Positions 59,810 through 64,000 of a DNA stretch of 64,000 nucleotides are shown here, in pieces; within the stretch, counting starts at the first letter, position 1; each line of letters begins with the position of its first letter. Made by a program: the position numbers and the translations under genes. The stretch is taken from assembly GCA_003225555.1 (NCBI GenBank), contig QIAM01000015.1, positions 34,924-98,923 on the forward strand. The letters are read 5' to 3'. The notes under the pieces were generated by a model that was not told the origin of the DNA, ran no database searches, and saw only the letters and a list, made by a program, of their open reading frames with translations. The stretch comes from Acidobacteriota bacterium (GTDB lineage: Bacteria > Acidobacteriota > Terriglobia > Terriglobales > Acidobacteriaceae).

Positions 59810-60130
59810 ATGGAATTTCAGGACAAGGTACTCAAGTGTATCGACTGCGGCGCCGATTTCGTCTTCACCGCCGGGGAACAGCTGTTCTTTCACGACAAGC
59901 AATTCAAGAATGAGCCCAAGCGCTGCAAGGCCTGTAAGTCCAAACGGGTGGCCGTGCTGGGAGCCACTCCGACGCCTCCGGGACAGAATTACCACTACAC
60001 CAAGGTTGAGACCCGGGCCACCTGCTCGCAGTGCGGCAAGGAAACTACGGTTCCCTTCCGTCCCACACAAGGCCGTCCCGTGTTCTGCCGCGAATGTTTT
60101 CAGTCGCGTAGAACCATAGCCACCGCCTGA
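59810..60130 (+). CDS. double zinc-ribbon protein (CxxC-x17-CxxC type)
   Basis: ATG 59810 after GAAGGAG. CIDC...CKAC and CSQC...CREC cysteine pairs. FRPTQGRPVFCRECF tail. Confidence 0.7.
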   Translation: MEFQDKVLKCIDCGADFVFTAGEQLFFHDKQFKNEPKRCKACKSKRVAVLGATPTPPGQNYHYTKVETRATCSQCGKETTVPFRPTQGRPVFCRECFQSRRTIATA

Positions 60131-60255
60131 TCAGTCTGGGCGTTAGAGTGTTGCTGGGCGCATCGGTTTCCAGTGCGCCGCAGTTGTGCGGCTGCGCGTG
60201 ACCACATTGTCCTCAAGGCGTCCGCAATCTTCGAGCATCAGCTAACATAGAGAGC

Positions 60256-61692
60256 GTGTCTGGCTACTTTGTAGAGAATTTCGGATGTCGCGCCACGCAG
60301 GCCGACGGCGCTGCCTTGGAGCGGCAGTTCGAAGAGCGCGGATTGGTGCGCGCTGCAACCGCGCGCGAAGCTGAACTGGTCGTGCTAAACACGTGTACCG
60401 TCACCGCAGCCGCCGACCAAGATGCGCGGGCTGCGATCCGGCGCGTCCAGCAACAGAATCCGAAGGCAAAAATCGTGGTCACGGGATGCTACGCGCAACG
60501 TGTCCCCGAAGAAATAGCGGCATTGCCCGGCGTGAGCTGTGTGGTCGGCAATTCTCATAAGCACAAACTTGCCGGAATTGTGCTCGACAGCCACGTCGCT
60601 CTCAGCGGAACCTTCATCCCACTGGGAACGTTGTCCGCCGAAGCCCGAAGCCCGGAGCCCGAAGCCCGCCTTTTCGTCTCCGACATCTTTGCCCACACCG
60701 AGCTGTTGGCCGCACCCGTGTTCGACGCAGCCAATGAGCGCACCCGCCCAAACCTCAAGGTTCAGGACGGATGCGACAATCGCTGTTCATTTTGCGTAAT
60801 CCCGTACGTCCGTGGTCAGAGCCGTTCGCTGCCGTTGAGCGAAATCATCCGTGAAGTGAACGCGCTAGTCGACGGCGGATATCGCGAAGTCGTGATCAGC
60901 GGCATCAACCTGGGCCGCTGGGGACGCGATCTCAATGCAAGACCTGGTTTGCCGCAGCCCGAAGCCCAAAGCCCGAAACCCGCCTTCGAACATCTCATCC
61001 GCACGATCCTGCGTGAGACGCGACTCGAAAAGCTGCGCATCTCCTCGGTCGAGCCTATGGACTGGACCGACGAACTGATTGCGCTGGTGACAGAGTCACC
61101 GCGGATCGCCAAGCATGCGCACGTGCCGATGCAGTCCGGAAGTGACTCCGTACTGCGGCGCATGCATCGCAAGTACCGCCCCTGGCACTATCGCGAGAAA
61201 ATCGAGAAGATTCGCACTGCCGTGCCCGCCGCAGCGATCGGAGCGGACGTGATGGTCGGATTCCCCGGCGAAACCGACGCGGAATTCGAGGCCACGCGCC
61301 GCATGATCGAAGAGCTCCCATTTACCTACTTGCATGTGTTCACGTATTCCCCGCGTCCCGGAACGCCAGCAGCGTCTATGCGAAATCAGCTGCCGGTGCA
61401 GCTGGCGCGGGAGCGCAGCCGCATCCTGCGAGAGTTGGCGGCAGAGAAGAAGCTCGCCTTCATGCGCTCATTTGTCGGTCAGACCATCGAAGCCATCACG
61501 CTTCAGCAGTGTGGCGCGGGCGTTGCGCGCACCGAGGCCTTGACGGACAACTACCTGAAGCTGCAACTCGACGGGTGCCTCGAAGCCAACCGCTGGGTGT
61601 GCGCGAAGGTCAAGAGTGTCGACACCGGGGCATTGGTTGGGAGCTGTGTGGGCTCGCCTGAATTTGGACCGCGGGCGCGTGGTAGCATTTGA
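60256..61692 (+). CDS. mtaB: radical-SAM methylthiotransferase, MtaB-like
   Basis: N-terminal Cys triad (FGCRATQ, NTCTVT, TGCYAQ), CDNRCSFC radical-SAM cluster, C-terminal TRAM-like region. Two in-frame repeat insertions. Confidence 0.8.
   Translation: MSGYFVENFGCRATQADGAALERQFEERGLVRAATAREAELVVLNTCTVTAAADQDARAAIRRVQQQNPKAKIVVTGCYAQRVPEEIAALPGVSCVVGNSHKHKLAGIVLDSHVALSGTFIPLGTLSAEARSPEPEARLFVSDIFAHTELLAAPVFDAANERTRPNLKVQDGCDNRCSFCVIPYVRGQSRSLPLSEIIREVNALVDGGYREVVISGINLGRWGRDLNARPGLPQPEAQSPKPAFEHLIRTILRETRLEKLRISSVEPMDWTDELIALVTESPRIAKHAHVPMQSGSDSVLRRMHRKYRPWHYREKIEKIRTAVPAAAIGADVMVGFPGETDAEFEATRRMIEELPFTYLHVFTYSPRPGTPAASMRNQLPVQLARERSRILRELAAEKKLAFMRSFVGQTIEAITLQQCGAGVARTEALTDNYLKLQLDGCLEANRWVCAKVKSVDTGALVGSCVGSPEFGPRARGSI
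60637..60670. repeat. gaagcccgaa-motif element translated inside mtaB (copy 1)
   Basis: gccgaagcccgaagcccggagcccgaagcccgcc encodes AEARSPEPEAR. Confidence 0.7.
60955..60984. repeat. gaagcccgaa-motif element translated inside mtaB (copy 2)
   Basis: cagcccgaagcccaaagcccgaaacccgcc encodes QPEAQSPKPA. Same orientation and same cccgcctt end as copy 1. Confidence 0.7.
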
Positions 61693-61725
61693 TTCGTTGC
61701 CACTCTTTTCTTCCCCGCGGCGCTT

Positions 61726-63798
61726 ATGGCCCATTGTCGCCCAATCCCGCATCAAGCCCTGACACTGCTCCTGGCGTTGGCCGGCCTTGGCGCACAAAAC
61801 CATTTGGCATCCGCTGCGGAACAGTCCCCTTGGCTGGAAATCCACTCGACACACTTTACCGTCATCACCGATGCCGGCGACAAAAAAGGGCGCGAAGTAG
61901 CGCTACGTTTCGAACAGATGCGGTCAGTGTTTGCGACTCTGCTGACCAAGGATCGCCTGAACCAGCCCCGACCGCTGACCATCCTCGCCTTCAAGAACGA
62001 CAAGTTGTACTACCAAGTCGCGCCCTTGCGGCAGGGACAGCCCATCGACGTGCCCGGCTTTCTGATTCCTGGTAAAGACCAGGATTTCATCGTGCTGAAT
62101 CTGTTCGAAGAGGAGCCTTGGCGAGCCGTCGCCCACGATTTCGCGCACTTGCTGCTGAATTCCAACTACCCGCCGGCGCAAGGCTGGTTCGACGAAGGCC
62201 TCGCCGAATATTTCAGCTCGATCCATGTGGATAACAAGCAAGTGGAAATTGGTGGCGATCCGGAACTTCGCGCTTCGGTCGCACAGGATCTATTACAAAA
62301 CCAGCGCGAAACCCATCCACCAAAGTCGCTGACCGAGTTGCTGGGTGCGCAAGTCTGGCTGTCCATACCGGACCTGTTCACCATGAAGCACGAAGGCGTG
62401 ATCAACGCAGAAGGCACGCACCACACACTCTTCTATGCAGAGTCATGGATGGTGATGCACTACCTGCTGAATCAACAGAAGCTGGCGGAAACTGGCGCGT
62501 ATTTCGAATTAGTGTTGAACCAGCACGTCCCGGTCGACGAGGCCATTCAGAAGGCGTATGGCATGACAGCGGCGCAGTTCGAGCAGGCGGTCAAGGACTA
62601 CTTCCACTCCCAGACGGCCCTGGCAATGGCACTCGACAACGCCAGGCAAAAGAACGCTCAACCCAACCTTACTAACCCGGCGCAGGTGTATCACTTCCCT
62701 GCTCCGCTTGGACCCGATGACCTTGCCATCAATTCGAAACCGCTGCCAGAGGCTAATGAGCGCGCGATTTATGCGGAAGTTCAGGTCCGTATCCCCGAAC
62801 GGCGTGAGTACGGGCTGAAGGAACTGGAAGGGTTGGCCACGGCGCCGTCGAGCCCCGGCCCAGCCGCGAAGAAATCGGCGGAAAAAGATTCCGATGAATC
62901 GGCCGACGAGAAGCTCAACCCAGGCGCTGCCGGCAATGCGATCGCGCATCGCGTGCTCGCATGGGATCACATCGAGCACGGCGAATTCGATGAAGCTCTC
63001 GCGGAACTAAGCGATGCCGCGACCCTCAATCAGCGCGACCTGTGGATTCGCTATTACCTTTCGGTGCTCAAGTACCGTATGGCGGAGACTAAGCACGGCG
63101 AGATTCAGGGCCTCGCCAACATGATGCAGGATCTGCGGGCCGTGCTCGAGTGGTATCCCGAGTTTGCGGATGCTTATGATCTGATGGCGGTGGCCCGGAT
63201 GGAGGGCGGCGGCCTCAGCGCCGCGATGCAGGCCGAGCGGGCCGCGATGCAGCTGAATCCGCGCGATGAGCGCTACATCTACCACCTGGCGCAGATCTAC
63301 ATCGCCGACAAGAAGTGGGAAGCGGCGAAGACCTTGCTGGAGCGCCTCAAGGCCAGCGGCAACGCGCAACTCGCAGCCCAAGCCCGCGAGCAGTTGGATC
63401 AGGTCGCCAGCCAGCGGAAGTACGGCATCGCGATGGCATCGGGGACAACCCCGCCGAAGCTAAAACCTCAGAAGTCTCCCTTCGACGTACTGGAGGAGGA
63501 AGCGGCGAAGCGCGCGGCTGCAGCGCAGGGAACGGAGAGCGGTGGCCCCGCAGACAAGCGCGCACCCAAGTTCATCAAGGGCCGATTGGTGCGGGTGGAT
63601 TGTTCTCAAGCTCCGGCCGCGGTGGTCACAATAGCTTCCGAAGGAACCGTGCTGAAGCTGCGCGCGCCGGATTACAAATCGCTGCTGCTGATCGGGGCCA
63701 GCGATTTCTCCTGCGACTGGCGCGACCGCGCCGTGACGGTGAACTACAAACCCGGCGGCGTATCCGATGGAGACCTGGTTTCTCTGGAAGTACGGTGA
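61726..63798 (+). CDS. secreted DUF1570/MA-clan peptidase-like domain plus TPR-repeat protein
   Basis: Signal peptide. WLEIHSTHFTVITD... N-domain. HDFAH...DEGLAEYF (HExxH-like with Asp). C-terminal TPR-like helices. Confidence 0.6.
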   Translation: MAHCRPIPHQALTLLLALAGLGAQNHLASAAEQSPWLEIHSTHFTVITDAGDKKGREVALRFEQMRSVFATLLTKDRLNQPRPLTILAFKNDKLYYQVAPLRQGQPIDVPGFLIPGKDQDFIVLNLFEEEPWRAVAHDFAHLLLNSNYPPAQGWFDEGLAEYFSSIHVDNKQVEIGGDPELRASVAQDLLQNQRETHPPKSLTELLGAQVWLSIPDLFTMKHEGVINAEGTHHTLFYAESWMVMHYLLNQQKLAETGAYFELVLNQHVPVDEAIQKAYGMTAAQFEQAVKDYFHSQTALAMALDNARQKNAQPNLTNPAQVYHFPAPLGPDDLAINSKPLPEANERAIYAEVQVRIPERREYGLKELEGLATAPSSPGPAAKKSAEKDSDESADEKLNPGAAGNAIAHRVLAWDHIEHGEFDEALAELSDAATLNQRDLWIRYYLSVLKYRMAETKHGEIQGLANMMQDLRAVLEWYPEFADAYDLMAVARMEGGGLSAAMQAERAAMQLNPRDERYIYHLAQIYIADKKWEAAKTLLERLKASGNAQLAAQAREQLDQVASQRKYGIAMASGTTPPKLKPQKSPFDVLEEEAAKRAAAAQGTESGGPADKRAPKFIKGRLVRVDCSQAPAAVVTIASEGTVLKLRAPDYKSLLLIGASDFSCDWRDRAVTVNYKPGGVSDGDLVSLEVR

Positions 63799-63868
63799 GG
63801 GTAGAAGTCAGAAGATCGAATCCTGAGGTCTCCTGCAACTGATTTTCCACAAGGAGTCCTGAAACGCA

Positions 63869-64000
63869 ATGAGACCAAAACGCGGTTCCGTCCTTCTACT
63901 TGCCCTCTCGATAGTAACGCTCTCTCGGGCTCAGGAGTTAAGAGAATGGACCGATTCGTATGTAAAGGGCCTCGCTCCCACAAAACACTTCAGTGGGACC
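63869..64000 (+). CDS. secreted hypothetical protein, 3' end cut by window edge
   Basis: AAGGAG lies 12 nt upstream of ATG 63869. MRPKRGSVLLLALSIVTLSRAQE signal peptide. Frame open to nt 64000. Confidence 0.4.
   Translation, partial: MRPKRGSVLLLALSIVTLSRAQELREWTDSYVKGLAPTKHFSGT

Overview
GC-rich bacterial chromosome segment. My hand count on 160 nt of serS gives about 60% GC. Gene content and repeat flora look like Acidobacteriota (Terriglobia-type); that placement is inference, based on two giant CarboxypepD_reg-type TonB-dependent receptors and many low-complexity intergenic hairpin repeats. The window is mostly housekeeping genes. They include msrA, pyrD, serS, an F1/partial-F0 ATP synthase operon (b', b, delta, alpha, gamma, beta, epsilon, with no a/c genes), hfq-hflX, infC-rpmI-rplT-pheS-pheT, aspS, hisS, rpsU and mtaB. 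I found no rRNA, tRNA, CRISPR array, transposase or integrase. Accessory content sits between these blocks. (1) A 1166-aa single-polypeptide GH18-like/CE4 deacetylase/GT2 synthase lies next to a GT-C glycosyltransferase. (2) A VapC PIN toxin has an oversized, unrecognisable upstream partner in an AT-rich islet. (3) A tandem, overlapping pair of secreted DUF3857/transglutaminase-like proteins has one member that has lost the Cys and His of the catalytic triad. It is preceded by about 800 bp with only mirror-image Pro-rich/Gly-rich mini-ORFs and a minus-strand terminator. (4) Secreted NTF2-like genes are wedged inside the atp and hisS-aspS operons. The most pervasive unexplained signal is several families of intergenic hairpin or REP-like elements. 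They occupy nearly every operon junction, and copies are translated in frame inside pheT and mtaB. All calls come from reading the ORF translations and DNA by eye. No database searches were run, so novelty cannot be asserted.
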